Virus record (IMG/VR): IMGVR_UViG_3300020048_000016
Length of the DNA: 64,000 nt
Reading direction: 5' to 3' (one strand)
Origin: an uncultured virus (IMG/VR IMGVR_UViG_3300020048_000016)
Lineage: Duplodnaviria > Heunggongvirae > Uroviricota > Caudoviricetes
The notes under the pieces were generated by a model that was given only the letters and a program-made list of their open reading frames with translations, was not told the origin of the DNA and did not search any database. Every line of letters starts with the position of its first letter. Position 1 is the first letter of the stretch. Positions 49,507 to 59,508 of this stretch are shown here, in pieces. The position numbers and the translations under genes are program-made.

Positions 49507-49556
49507 TCAAATTATTATCCTTACATTTGTAAAACAATATTAAAACATAGAAAAAT

Positions 49557-51235
49557 ATGGTAATTAAGAACATCCACGAGAAATTATTGAATGGTATCCA
49601 GCAAATGCTTATCGATACGAAAATAAATTTACCTTATTATGGTGAATTCAACTTACACGTGAGTTTCCACGAACAAGATTCGATTGGTACTTGTGCAGTG
49701 AATATGACACCTAAGGGTATGAACTTCTACTACTCACCAAAGTTCTTGGCTGATATGTCACAAAAAGAAGTAAACTTTATCACTCTTCACGAGGATTTTC
49801 ACTTACTTTTTAATCACCCTAAGAGAACGGTATCTGGTCAATACGATCATAAAATGTCTAACATTGCTCAGGATATGATCATCAACCACATCATCTGGGA
49901 AGATATTCCACGAGCATTCGTAGAGATTCCTAAGTCACCAGATGGTAAAAATATGGCTTTATTCGTACCAAAAGAATACAAAGGTAAACTTATCTTCGAA
50001 GAGTTGTACGAGTGGTTGAAAGATGAGAAAGAGAAGTGGGAGAAAGAGAAGAAACAAAATTGCTCTTGTAAATCTTGTAACGGTACTGGTAAAAAACAAG
50101 ACCAACAAGGCCAACAACAACAAAAAGGTCAAGGTCAACAACCAGGTGATGGCCAAGAGCAAGGTGACGGTCAAGGTGGTCAAGGTCAAGAACCAGGCGA
50201 AGGTCAAGGACAAGAGCAAGGAGATGGTCAAGGAGACGGACAAGGACAAGGTAGTGGTCAAGGTCAACAACCAGGTCAAGGACAAGGTGGTGGTCAAGGT
50301 CAAAGCGAACTAGGTCAAGAGCCTTGCCCAGATTGTGGTGGCTCTGGCTCAGAAGGTGGTAAAGACTCAACGGGAAAACCATCTTATGGTCCCTATGGTC
50401 AGAACCCATCTAAAGATGGTGATGCTATCGACACTTGGTCAAAAGAGCAAATCTTCGAGAATATGGAAAACAACAATGGTGAGTACTTAGATAAACACAT
50501 TGGTGATGAAGTACCAGAAGAGATGCGTGATGCGATGGTTAAAGATGTTATGGATAGATTAGCAGCACGTGGATTAGCGTCTGGTAACCTTGAAACTACA
50601 CTTAACAAGTTACGTAAGAAAAGAAAAGATTACTTGAAAGAAATCAAGAGAGCTGTTTCAAATATGATCTTTGGTACAAATAAAGTAAGAACTATTGTAA
50701 AACCAAATCGTAAACAGATTTCTGGTATCAAAGGAACACGAAAAGTTAAGACCGCAATAAATGTTATCTTAGATACATCAGGTTCTATGGGTAATACTTT
50801 TGAGAAAGTACTTTCTTACATCTACCGAAATGATATCGAAGTGAATATGATCCAAGGTGATACTGATGTTAAATGGGTTGACAAGTTTATGGACAAAAAG
50901 AAAATTGAACGAATGGTGATTGCTGGACACGGTGGTACTGTTCTTCAACCATCTGTAAACTATGTTGTTGAGCACTTTAACAAGTACAATACTGTGATCT
51001 TGAGTGACGGTTATTGCGACACTCTTGACCTAAGTAAGTTAAAAGGTAAAGTGTTGGTAATATCGATTGGTGTTAAAATACCAATTGGTAGATCAAATGG
51101 TCGAGTTNNNNNNNNNNAGACTTAAGTAAACTTAAAGGAAAGGCTTTGATTATCTCAATCGGCGTTAAAGTACCACTAGGTAGAACAAATGGTAGAGTTA
51201 AACAAATCTGTGTTGACATCGACAGCGATAGATAA
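49557..51235 (+). CDS. DUF2201-type metallopeptidase-VWA protein (MoxR partner); C-terminus crosses a gap
   Basis: LHEDFH (HExxH), NIAQD.IIN, LDTSGSM (MIDAS), GHGGT, ILSDGY; G/Q-rich linker flanked by CKSCNGTG and CPDCGGSG. Confidence 0.85.
51108..51117. other. scaffold gap (10 N)
   Basis: N-run. Confidence 1.
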
Positions 51236-51253
51236 TAACTCAAATTTTAATAG

Positions 51254-51281
51254 AAAGCCAGTCTAATGACTGGCTTTTTTT
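51254..51281 (+). terminator. intrinsic terminator
   Basis: AAAGCCAGTC-TAAT-GACTGGCTTTTTTT. Confidence 0.85.
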
Positions 51282-51343
51282 ATTTAATTTAATTTTATTA
51301 AGCGATTTTATAATTTGTATATTGAGAAATAAATATATACTCT

Positions 51344-52162
51344 ATGAAATACTTAAAGAGATATAACGAGGAATTAGAACCTGCGACATATAGAAGAGCT
51401 TCAACTAAATTACTTGCTAAGGCAAAGAAGAAAAGAGCTGGTGAAATGTGGGACTATGCAGACGAAAAAGAATTCGGTGTTTATAATATGAACTTTATTG
51501 ATACAGATTATCATGAATTAAAAGATGTTAAAGTTAGTAGTCCTAAGGTTGAATTTTATTATGGATCATCTGATTATAAAATAAAAACCGCAGTAGAAGG
51601 TTTAACTTATGCGGAACAACTTGTTAATAGATGGAAAGAGTATGATAAAGAAAAATCTGATTGTAAACTTTCAGTTACTTTTGTTTTTTCTTTTATACCA
51701 CAGTATGAATCAAAAAATAGAAGAATTTCATATGAACCACCAACTTATGGTCTACCTAAACATATGACCGCTTTTGAAATTCAATTAGACTTGTGTGATC
51801 CAGATGATGTTCGTTGGTTTATGGCTGATAAAGAAGATAATGACGATATAGATATATTTGAAATGTATTCAGATTGTAATCAGAAATACATATATTTAAA
51901 AGAACCTTTCTATCAATCAAAGGGTGTTTTTGCAGATAGAAAATCTGCTTTAAAATTTAAAAAAGAATTACCTACACTTATAAAACCATATATGAAAGAT
52001 ATAATAGACATATTATCAATTGTTGGTGCAGAATCAGAAGATATAGATGAAGTATATGAACTAATTAATAAAGTTAGAATAAATAATCTATATGATGATG
52101 AATGGAATGGCAACAAACACGATGCTAACTGGTTCAGAAGAGATCTTGAATTGACACAATAA
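51344..52162 (+). CDS. putative internal head protein, paralog 1
   Basis: MKYLKRYNEELEPATYRRA; FADRKSA; AAATATATA upstream. Confidence 0.6.
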   Translation: MKYLKRYNEELEPATYRRASTKLLAKAKKKRAGEMWDYADEKEFGVYNMNFIDTDYHELKDVKVSSPKVEFYYGSSDYKIKTAVEGLTYAEQLVNRWKEYDKEKSDCKLSVTFVFSFIPQYESKNRRISYEPPTYGLPKHMTAFEIQLDLCDPDDVRWFMADKEDNDDIDIFEMYSDCNQKYIYLKEPFYQSKGVFADRKSALKFKKELPTLIKPYMKDIIDILSIVGAESEDIDEVYELINKVRINNLYDDEWNGNKHDANWFRRDLELTQ

Positions 52163-52176
52163 TAAAGAAATAAATT

Positions 52177-53244
52177 ATGAAATATTTAAAAAGATATAAC
52201 GAGGAATTAACACCTGCGAATACAAAAAACCTTAAAACCGCTGCTAAAAGTGCTTCACTTTTAAATCAACCTGAAAGAAGTAATAAATTCAGAGACTATG
52301 CAGATACTAAGGATTTTGGTGTATATAATATAGATTTATATAGAAGTAGTGGTATGTCACTTACAAAAGATTTAACTTTTACAGAAGTAACATTTGATAA
52401 TATCGTTTATGGTGTTAAAACATCTTATAGCAGTGTATATCAAGATCCGGAAGAAGTAGTTAGAAGATGGGGTGAAGGTGAGGGACATTTAGCGATTTCA
52501 TTTGATGTTTGTTTCAGACCGACAAGAGAAACATTTAAAAAAATTGGAAATTCTTTTGATATAAAAGGTGCTAATTATAATAAACTTGGTTCACATTTTA
52601 TTAATATTAAAAATGATTATAGATTAACAGACGAAGTTAAACTTCCTTTATTTAGAATGTCTCTAATATTAGCAACCTCATTTGAAGATTATTGTGAAGA
52701 TTGTGGTGGTTCAGGTAATTATGATTGTAATACTTGTGATGGTACGGGTGAAGAATGGTATAATGGTGGTGATGATGTAAGAGATTGTCCTGATTGTGAA
52801 GGTGGTGAAATAACTTGTAATACTTGTAATGGTACAGGAAATAGTGAAAAAATGGAAATTTCCGATCGTTTTGATAGAGACAAATGTTTTATTCTTAACT
52901 CATATCCAGCAGAACTTCATAAAGTTTTAGGTACTAAAGAAAGTAAAGAAACAATACTTGGTACATTCGTAGATAGAATATCCGCTAGAAAATTCCAAAA
53001 GGAATTACCAATCATTTTTGAAAAAAGTGGAATTAAATCTAAGATAGTAGATGTTTTATCAATTCTAAAAGCAGATTCTGAAGATATTGAAAATGCAATT
53101 GATTTATTTTATAATATACCAGTAAGTGCTATATTACCTGAGAGAGCAGATAAAATAACTGGTCCAGATGATGCCAGAGGATATATGAATAAGAATAATG
53201 CTAAGAGAATAAAACAAATACAACCAAAAAGAGAAGAAAAGTAA
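52177..53244 (+). CDS. putative internal head protein, paralog 2, with an inserted DnaJ-type Zn finger
   Basis: MKYLKRYNEELTPA; CEDCGGSG, CNTCDGTG, CPDCEGG, CNTCNGTG; FVDRISA. Confidence 0.6.
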   Translation: MKYLKRYNEELTPANTKNLKTAAKSASLLNQPERSNKFRDYADTKDFGVYNIDLYRSSGMSLTKDLTFTEVTFDNIVYGVKTSYSSVYQDPEEVVRRWGEGEGHLAISFDVCFRPTRETFKKIGNSFDIKGANYNKLGSHFINIKNDYRLTDEVKLPLFRMSLILATSFEDYCEDCGGSGNYDCNTCDGTGEEWYNGGDDVRDCPDCEGGEITCNTCNGTGNSEKMEISDRFDRDKCFILNSYPAELHKVLGTKESKETILGTFVDRISARKFQKELPIIFEKSGIKSKIVDVLSILKADSEDIENAIDLFYNIPVSAILPERADKITGPDDARGYMNKNNAKRIKQIQPKREEK

Positions 53245-53245
53245 T

Positions 53246-53995
53246 ATGAAATATTTAAAAAAATTCAACGAAGAATTAAACCCTAGTACATATAGAAGAG
53301 CTGCGAGTAAATTGAAAAAATTGGGTGGCTTTAATATTGATGTAGCAAAAAATCTTACAGATTGGGCCGAAAAAAGAGAAGCAGATGAATCGATCATAAA
53401 ATGGGAAAAGAATATTGAAGAATTTTCTAAATTCGGTAAATTTAAACTTAACATTGCTAATAAATTCACTGGTGATTTTTATCTAGACTTAAATTTTAGC
53501 AGAGATTCATTCCTTGATGAGTATGCACCAATAGGTGAAGGTGATGATGAATATTATGTAGGATTAGGTTTTTTCATTGGTGCTATTCCAGTTGATGAAG
53601 AAACTAGAGTTAAAACATTAGAAATTGTTACAGAAGATGATTTTAGTAATGGATTTATATGGAGCAATATGTTATCAATTGGACTTAAAATAATACCAGG
53701 TTCATATGAAATAACAGATATATCAATAGAGGATTATGATGTAGAGTTAACAGGTGGTGTTGAATTAGCAGATAGAGCAAGTGCTGGTAGATTAAGATCT
53801 TTGTTAGTTAGTCTTTTTGAAAATCCTAATTTAAATTATCCAAGTGGTTATAATGATTATGATTATTTCTATGAGATGTTCGAAAGTGTTATACTTGCAG
53901 GAGGTGGTTTATCATCAGATTTAGGAATGAAAATGGAAGAAATAGCAGAATATATTAAAAAATTCCCTGCACGTGAACTTATAAATAAATTATGA
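53246..53995 (+). CDS. putative internal head protein, paralog 3
   Basis: MKYLKKFNEELNPSTYRRA; LADRASA. Confidence 0.6.
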   Translation: MKYLKKFNEELNPSTYRRAASKLKKLGGFNIDVAKNLTDWAEKREADESIIKWEKNIEEFSKFGKFKLNIANKFTGDFYLDLNFSRDSFLDEYAPIGEGDDEYYVGLGFFIGAIPVDEETRVKTLEIVTEDDFSNGFIWSNMLSIGLKIIPGSYEITDISIEDYDVELTGGVELADRASAGRLRSLLVSLFENPNLNYPSGYNDYDYFYEMFESVILAGGGLSSDLGMKMEEIAEYIKKFPARELINKL

Positions 53996-54726
53996 AATAC
54001 TTAAAAACATATAATAAATTATTCGAAAGTGTAGTTTCAGTTGATGAAGAAGTTTGGGAAGAATTTAAAGACATATTACAAATTGATATACTAGACGAAT
54101 TTGGTTTAAGTTACGATGATATTACTGATCATGCAATTGATTCAGATTATGTTGATCCACTTATCACAATGCGTGGTAATAAATCAGATTTTACAAATAT
54201 GATTTCCAATTTAATAGACTTTTCAAAAAGAGTTAAAGCAATGAGTGGATATTTTTTATCAGTATTTCAAGCTGCAAATGATATTTATTTTACTTTTAGT
54301 GAATGTCCAACTAGTATAAGTATTTTAAATGATTTTAATTTAGAACCAACTTTTCTAAATAATAGTAATACATTAGCAGGATATGTTAATATAGATCAAG
54401 CAATTGAAATAATAAATTATCTTAACACTTTTTACAAATTTGCAGATGATGATGATATAGAACTTCTTAAAAAGAATTACGAAATATTAAGAAATATTTA
54501 TAATACTAAGATTAAAATAAATGTAAGAGATTTTGAGAAAGGTAAATATAAACAGTTCGTTGCATTTGAATTTGAACTAGTTGATAAATTACACGATAAA
54601 AATCCTGTTTTTGTTATAAGCTCAAATGATATAAATAGTCCTTATATTCTTATCAAGAATGGTCTAAATGATATAAAAGTAAGTAGAAGTATGCAAGAAG
54701 ATTTTTTACAAAAAGAAGAATTTTAA
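53992..54726 (+). CDS. putative internal head protein
   Basis: MKYLKTYNKLFES leader. Confidence 0.55.
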   Translation: MKYLKTYNKLFESVVSVDEEVWEEFKDILQIDILDEFGLSYDDITDHAIDSDYVDPLITMRGNKSDFTNMISNLIDFSKRVKAMSGYFLSVFQAANDIYFTFSECPTSISILNDFNLEPTFLNNSNTLAGYVNIDQAIEIINYLNTFYKFADDDDIELLKKNYEILRNIYNTKIKINVRDFEKGKYKQFVAFEFELVDKLHDKNPVFVISSNDINSPYILIKNGLNDIKVSRSMQEDFLQKEEF

Positions 54727-54746
54727 TAAAAATAATTACTATATTT

Positions 54747-55925
54747 GTGAGAATAATAACTAAATACGAAAAATTCTTGGAAACTACTAAAACAATGTTG
54801 GATGTCATTCCACAATCAGTTAAAGATCTTCATAAATTATTTGAAGCAAATGGTAAGAAATTATACCTTGTTGGTGGATCAGTTCGTGATTTCTTAACCG
54901 GTGATAAACCAAAAGATTTCGACTTAGCTACCGATGCTCTTCCAGATGAAGTATTAGATATACTTGATAACAAATTCAGAACTAACTTACAAGGTAAAGC
55001 GTTCGGTGTTGTTGTTGTTTTCACAAAAGATCAACCAGAGGGTATGGAGATCGCTACATTCAGAGAAGATATTAGCAAAGGTAGAAACCCAGAAGTTAAA
55101 CTAGGTGTTACAATAGAAGATGATGTTAAACGAAGAGATTTAACATACAATGGTCTATTCTTTGATTTAGATACTAATGAGATCGTAGATTTAGTTGGTG
55201 GTCGTAAAGACTTAGAAGATGGTATAACTAGAACTATTGGAGATCCTATTGAGAGATTTGAAGAAGATAGTTTAAGAATTTTGAGAGCATTTCGTTTTGC
55301 ATCAAGATACGAACATCCTTTACACGAAGATACCGTTAAAGCAATTGAGAAAAGAAAACATTTAGAGAATATCGATCCAGAGACGGGAGATATGAAAAGA
55401 ATATCACAAGAAAGAATATTTGAAGAATTACAAAAAGCGTGGAAACAAGCGAAGGATTACAATTTCTACTTGAACTTAATAACTAAGTTTGATATGTGGG
55501 ATCAAGTATTTCCAGGTGCTGATATAAACACAGAGTTAGTAGATAGCAAAGATTTTATCGTTGTACTTGCTAACCTTTTCAAAAAAGAAAAGACTACCGG
55601 TTTAGAGAAAACATTAGTTCAAAACTTTAAAATTGATATAGATAAAGCAAAGAAGATAGTATTTTTACTTGATTTATCAAACTTTAATCAACCAATTGAA
55701 GTATTTGATCTATACAAAAAGAAAGTAGCATCTGGTGTAAAAGATTCAACTTTATTAGAATGGTTGAAAGTTACTGGTAATAATAGTAACTTATTAACTA
55801 AATTTATTGACTACAAACCAACAGTATCATCACAAGAATTGATGGAACAAGGGTTTAAAGGTAAAGAGTTAGGTTTAAAGATCAAAGAGTTAGAAGCAGA
55901 GAGTTTTAATAATCTATTAAAATAA
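54747..55925 (+). CDS. cca: CCA-adding tRNA nucleotidyltransferase / poly(A) polymerase family (class II)
   Basis: LVGGSVRD, DFDLAT, EIATFR, RRDLTYN, RFEEDSLRILRAFRF, SQERI. Confidence 0.9.
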   Translation: MRIITKYEKFLETTKTMLDVIPQSVKDLHKLFEANGKKLYLVGGSVRDFLTGDKPKDFDLATDALPDEVLDILDNKFRTNLQGKAFGVVVVFTKDQPEGMEIATFREDISKGRNPEVKLGVTIEDDVKRRDLTYNGLFFDLDTNEIVDLVGGRKDLEDGITRTIGDPIERFEEDSLRILRAFRFASRYEHPLHEDTVKAIEKRKHLENIDPETGDMKRISQERIFEELQKAWKQAKDYNFYLNLITKFDMWDQVFPGADINTELVDSKDFIVVLANLFKKEKTTGLEKTLVQNFKIDIDKAKKIVFLLDLSNFNQPIEVFDLYKKKVASGVKDSTLLEWLKVTGNNSNLLTKFIDYKPTVSSQELMEQGFKGKELGLKIKELEAESFNNLLK

Positions 55926-55931
55926 TATCAA

Positions 55932-56831
55932 ATGAAAAAAATGAAACCTGAGGTTGAATGGAATATCAAAATTCAATCTCAAACAAATGTACCAGAATCT
56001 GTAAATAAAGATGAACTGATAAGTGCCATATTTTCTATAAATAGAGATGAGAATCAACAAAGAATAAATGAATTCAATCAGAGTATGAGAAATCAATTTA
56101 CTGATGAAGTTAGCAAATGGCAAAACAATAAAAAAGAAGAAATACTAGACAAACTAGTTAATAAATTAAATATTGAGTTTGTTGATGATCAAGTAATTCT
56201 TGTGTGCGATTTCAATTGTAACTTTCCTGGTGATTGGAATAAAATAGATGTTATTGAATGGTCTGAAGGATTTAATAAATTATATGTTGAATATCTTATG
56301 GCTGGTATGGATGATATCGTATCTAAGCACAAGAAGGGTGAGTCTGATAATTATAATGATCATAAAGATTTAAGAGAAACATTTGAAAGAATTGTAAAAA
56401 AACAGAAATTCAATGTTACTAAATTAGGAAACTATGTTCCGGTTGTAGAAATTGGAGATTTTCTAATAACTATCAAAGGAAAAGCAAAGACTGATTATCC
56501 AATTAAATGTCGTTTGAATGGTGTAAGCGATGAAACAGATTTCGTAAGTTATATGGAACGCGACCTTTCCGATGTTCTTAAAGAAGGTTATATGCGTTTT
56601 GTATATGAAAATGACGAACTATTCACCGTTAATGAATATATTTCAACCAGAGAGTTAACAGACGAAGAAATGGAAGAACTTATTGATTACACACAAGGAC
56701 AGTGGTCTGATGGTATCGGTGAAAGTTTTGAACAAAGACCTATTATGGTTTCTGGTGATGAAGTTTATATCAGCCCTTGGTATAATGGTCAAAAAGTAGT
56801 ATATTCGCAAGTAGAGAAACAAATTAATTAA
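55932..56831 (+). CDS. conserved hypothetical protein
   Basis: C-terminal GQWSDGIGESFEQRPI motif. Confidence 0.6.
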   Translation: MKKMKPEVEWNIKIQSQTNVPESVNKDELISAIFSINRDENQQRINEFNQSMRNQFTDEVSKWQNNKKEEILDKLVNKLNIEFVDDQVILVCDFNCNFPGDWNKIDVIEWSEGFNKLYVEYLMAGMDDIVSKHKKGESDNYNDHKDLRETFERIVKKQKFNVTKLGNYVPVVEIGDFLITIKGKAKTDYPIKCRLNGVSDETDFVSYMERDLSDVLKEGYMRFVYENDELFTVNEYISTRELTDEEMEELIDYTQGQWSDGIGESFEQRPIMVSGDEVYISPWYNGQKVVYSQVEKQIN

Positions 56832-56861
56832 ATTTTAATTTTTCATTTAGATATATAGTTT

Positions 56862-57602
56862 ATGATTTATTATATTACACACTTAAAAGATGTACTTGGT
56901 AACAATTATTTAGGTATTGATATACCAAAAACCGTTGTCGAGCCATTCTTAAATGAACTTAAAGATATAGTCGGTGATGATTATGATGAGTTTTTAAAAC
57001 TTAAAGAAGATAGAGATGGTGCTAATTATCACATTACGGTAATTAATGTTATGGATTATAATAAACTTTCTAAACAAATGGGAGTAGATAAGTTTGTTAA
57101 TTCATTAGATCCTATTTTTAAATATCCAGTTGATGATTTGAGATTATTGGGTATTGGTAGAGCTCAAAGAAATGAGAATATAGCATTCTTTACTATTTGT
57201 CAATCAGATAAGTTAGAAGCAATAAGAAAAAGATTTGAACTAGCAGATCATGACTTTCACATTACACTAGGTTTCAAATATAAAGATGTATTTGGAGTTA
57301 GAAAGAATGAAATATTTAAAAAAGAATCAAAATTTCTTCAACTTTTAAGACAAGAGTTTTATAAAAACGAAGACTTTAACTTCATTAGAAAAATAGTTAA
57401 TTACGAATTAGATCCAAAAGCAGAGATCATTCCAGTTAAATTAACTGAGACAACTATTAAAGTAAAATGTGAGGGTTACTACCTAGACATTGGATATTCA
57501 GAAGAGGGAGAATGTCTTAGGATATATACGAAATATTCAATTGAAGATGATCTTCCAAGATTATCAGAAACAGAAATTGCAAAAATACTTAACAAAAAAT
57601 AA
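56862..57602 (+). CDS. 2H phosphoesterase
   Basis: Two HxT motifs: YHITVI and FHITLGF. Confidence 0.82.
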   Translation: MIYYITHLKDVLGNNYLGIDIPKTVVEPFLNELKDIVGDDYDEFLKLKEDRDGANYHITVINVMDYNKLSKQMGVDKFVNSLDPIFKYPVDDLRLLGIGRAQRNENIAFFTICQSDKLEAIRKRFELADHDFHITLGFKYKDVFGVRKNEIFKKESKFLQLLRQEFYKNEDFNFIRKIVNYELDPKAEIIPVKLTETTIKVKCEGYYLDIGYSEEGECLRIYTKYSIEDDLPRLSETEIAKILNKK

Positions 57603-57607
57603 AATTT

Positions 57608-57895
57608 ATGGAGACTATGATATTACATAACTACTACACATTAGACGAGTGTACTAATAAAAAAGGAATTATCAAAAAACTTAAAGAACTTGAGCAAGAA
57701 GGTAAAATAGAATATGATATTGAGAAATCAACTGATGTTGTTACATTAGAAGATCTAGATTTGGAAGATGATGATATCGAAGAGTTGATTGAACTTTTTG
57801 AAAAGAATGATGTTTATCCATATCTTGATAAAGATGATGAAGATGAAGATGGTTATGATGACAACGGTTATTATGATGAAGATGAAGATTATTAA
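57608..57895 (+). CDS. acidic hypothetical protein
   Basis: D/E-rich tail. Confidence 0.55.
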   Translation: METMILHNYYTLDECTNKKGIIKKLKELEQEGKIEYDIEKSTDVVTLEDLDLEDDDIEELIELFEKNDVYPYLDKDDEDEDGYDDNGYYDEDEDY

Positions 57896-57906
57896 TAAAT
57901 AATACT

Positions 57907-58101
57907 ATGAATAACGATTACGAAAGATATGACTTTTGGTTCAGAGAAACCAATCAGGGAAATAAGGGAAAGGATACTAGATCTATGGATAAACTTGTTG
58001 AATCAAACAGATTGTTTGACGAGAAGAATCAAAAAGGATTTAAATATAATTCTGATGATAGAAGCGAAGATAATCCTAACATTACTCAATTTTTCATTTA
58101 A
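57907..58101 (+). CDS. hypothetical protein
   Basis: 64 aa ORF before the terminator. Confidence 0.5.
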   Translation: MNNDYERYDFWFRETNQGNKGKDTRSMDKLVESNRLFDEKNQKGFKYNSDDRSEDNPNITQFFI

Positions 58102-58107
58102 AAAATT

Positions 58108-58136
58108 AAAGCCACTCAAATTGAGTGGCTTTTTTT
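58108..58136. terminator. bidirectional terminator
   Basis: AAAGCCACTCAA-A-TTGAGTGGCTTTTTTT. Confidence 0.85.
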
Positions 58137-58545
58137 ATAAAATTGTATATGTAGTGTAAAAGAATTCTTGATATGTACCTGGTAATGCAGCGGTGCTATC
58201 CCAATCTATATTATCACTGAATTCTAAACCATATTCATCTTTCAATATTTTTTTAAATCTATTAAATTTACCTAATAAACCCTGTGTGAATGAAAATTCA
58301 GAAAATGGATCATCATCATATACCGAATTTACAATAAAATCTATTCTATTTTTACCTGAACTAATCTCAAAATAAAAAATATGATCATCCAATTCATCTA
58401 AATCATTAGACCACCATTCGAATAAATGATTATCAAATTCTTCTGAGAAACAATTAAAAAATATATCTTTTATATCTTCAATCATATCCTCTGTTATCTT
58501 AGGTTGAGTTTGATTACTCTCATTAAATCTTTTTAAATACTTCAT
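58135..58545 (-). CDS. putative internal head protein
   Basis: MKYLKRFNES leader. Confidence 0.55.
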   Translation of the reverse strand: MKYLKRFNESNQTQPKITEDMIEDIKDIFFNCFSEEFDNHLFEWWSNDLDELDDHIFYFEISSGKNRIDFIVNSVYDDDPFSEFSFTQGLLGKFNRFKKILKDEYGLEFSDNIDWDSTAALPGTYQEFFYTTYTIL

Positions 58546-58546
58546 A

Positions 58547-58954
58547 TTAATAATATCCTACGTTATTTTCTTCTTCTGGGTAAACAGACTTAACCATACG
58601 CTTAAGTTCATCACAGAATTCAAGTGTTTCTTCTACAAGACGACCAACTCCTCTACCTAATATAGATATTGTGTAAAATATTCTATCTTTTTCAGTAACA
58701 AGTCTAGTTGGACCATTAGACGTACTAACACCATACTGATAATCTATAGAATCACTAGTATTGCTATGATGTATTATACACAAAGTCTCAGTTGGTCTAC
58801 CTATTAATATTCTTAATGATTTACCTTGATCTAAGTAATCAATAGCCTTATCTTTAATATCTTCTATTAGATCCCAATTAGCATTATCATGAACAGATTT
58901 TATCCATTCTTCTCTTGCTCCTAAACTTTCATTATATTTCTTTAAATACTTCAT
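58547..58954 (-). CDS. putative internal head protein
   Basis: MKYLKKYNES leader. Confidence 0.55.
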   Translation of the reverse strand: MKYLKKYNESLGAREEWIKSVHDNANWDLIEDIKDKAIDYLDQGKSLRILIGRPTETLCIIHHSNTSDSIDYQYGVSTSNGPTRLVTEKDRIFYTISILGRGVGRLVEETLEFCDELKRMVKSVYPEEENNVGYY

Positions 58955-59472
58955 ATTAATCCTTTACCTTCTTTTGTTTGTATTGATATAATAAACTCTT
59001 TTATGCCAATACCTGATGATAAAAGCTCTTTACCTGTTGTTTCGCTACCTTCTTTACTATAAAGATAACCGAATCTACCAGGACCATCTAATAATTCATC
59101 AATATCAACATTATTATTCTTATTTAAGAACTCTATATAATTATCTCTAGCCAATCTATCAAGATATACTATTTTAATTCTTCTTATTTCATATTCAAAA
59201 CCATCTAGTTCTATTTGTTCTAATATTTGTTTAGTTTTACTTTTTATAAGATCTATTTTTATATATCCTCTGTTTTTAGAAGAATCTCTGCGTATATCAA
59301 TATCAATGTAATCCTTTTCATCTTCAAAAGATCTCTCTGATCCAACTACATCAACCGCATGATCATCTGTTAAATCAGCAACCATAAGTTTAATATCATC
59401 AACTAAATGTTTGAAGTTTGGATCACCAAACTCATTACTTTCAAATAATTTGAAACTCTTTATTATTTTCAT
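58951..59472 (-). CDS. putative internal head protein
   Basis: MKIIKSFKLFES leader; TAATATATA at 59477-59485. Confidence 0.55.
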   Translation of the reverse strand: MKIIKSFKLFESNEFGDPNFKHLVDDIKLMVADLTDDHAVDVVGSERSFEDEKDYIDIDIRRDSSKNRGYIKIDLIKSKTKQILEQIELDGFEYEIRRIKIVYLDRLARDNYIEFLNKNNNVDIDELLDGPGRFGYLYSKEGSETTGKELLSSGIGIKEFIISIQTKEGKGLI

Positions 59473-59508
59473 AATGTATATATTAATATTAATAACTATA
59501 TTTGCAAA

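Noticed and set aside
49959..50409. Overlapping alternative-frame ORFs
   Set aside because: Artefacts of the low-complexity G/Q repeat in the VWA gene
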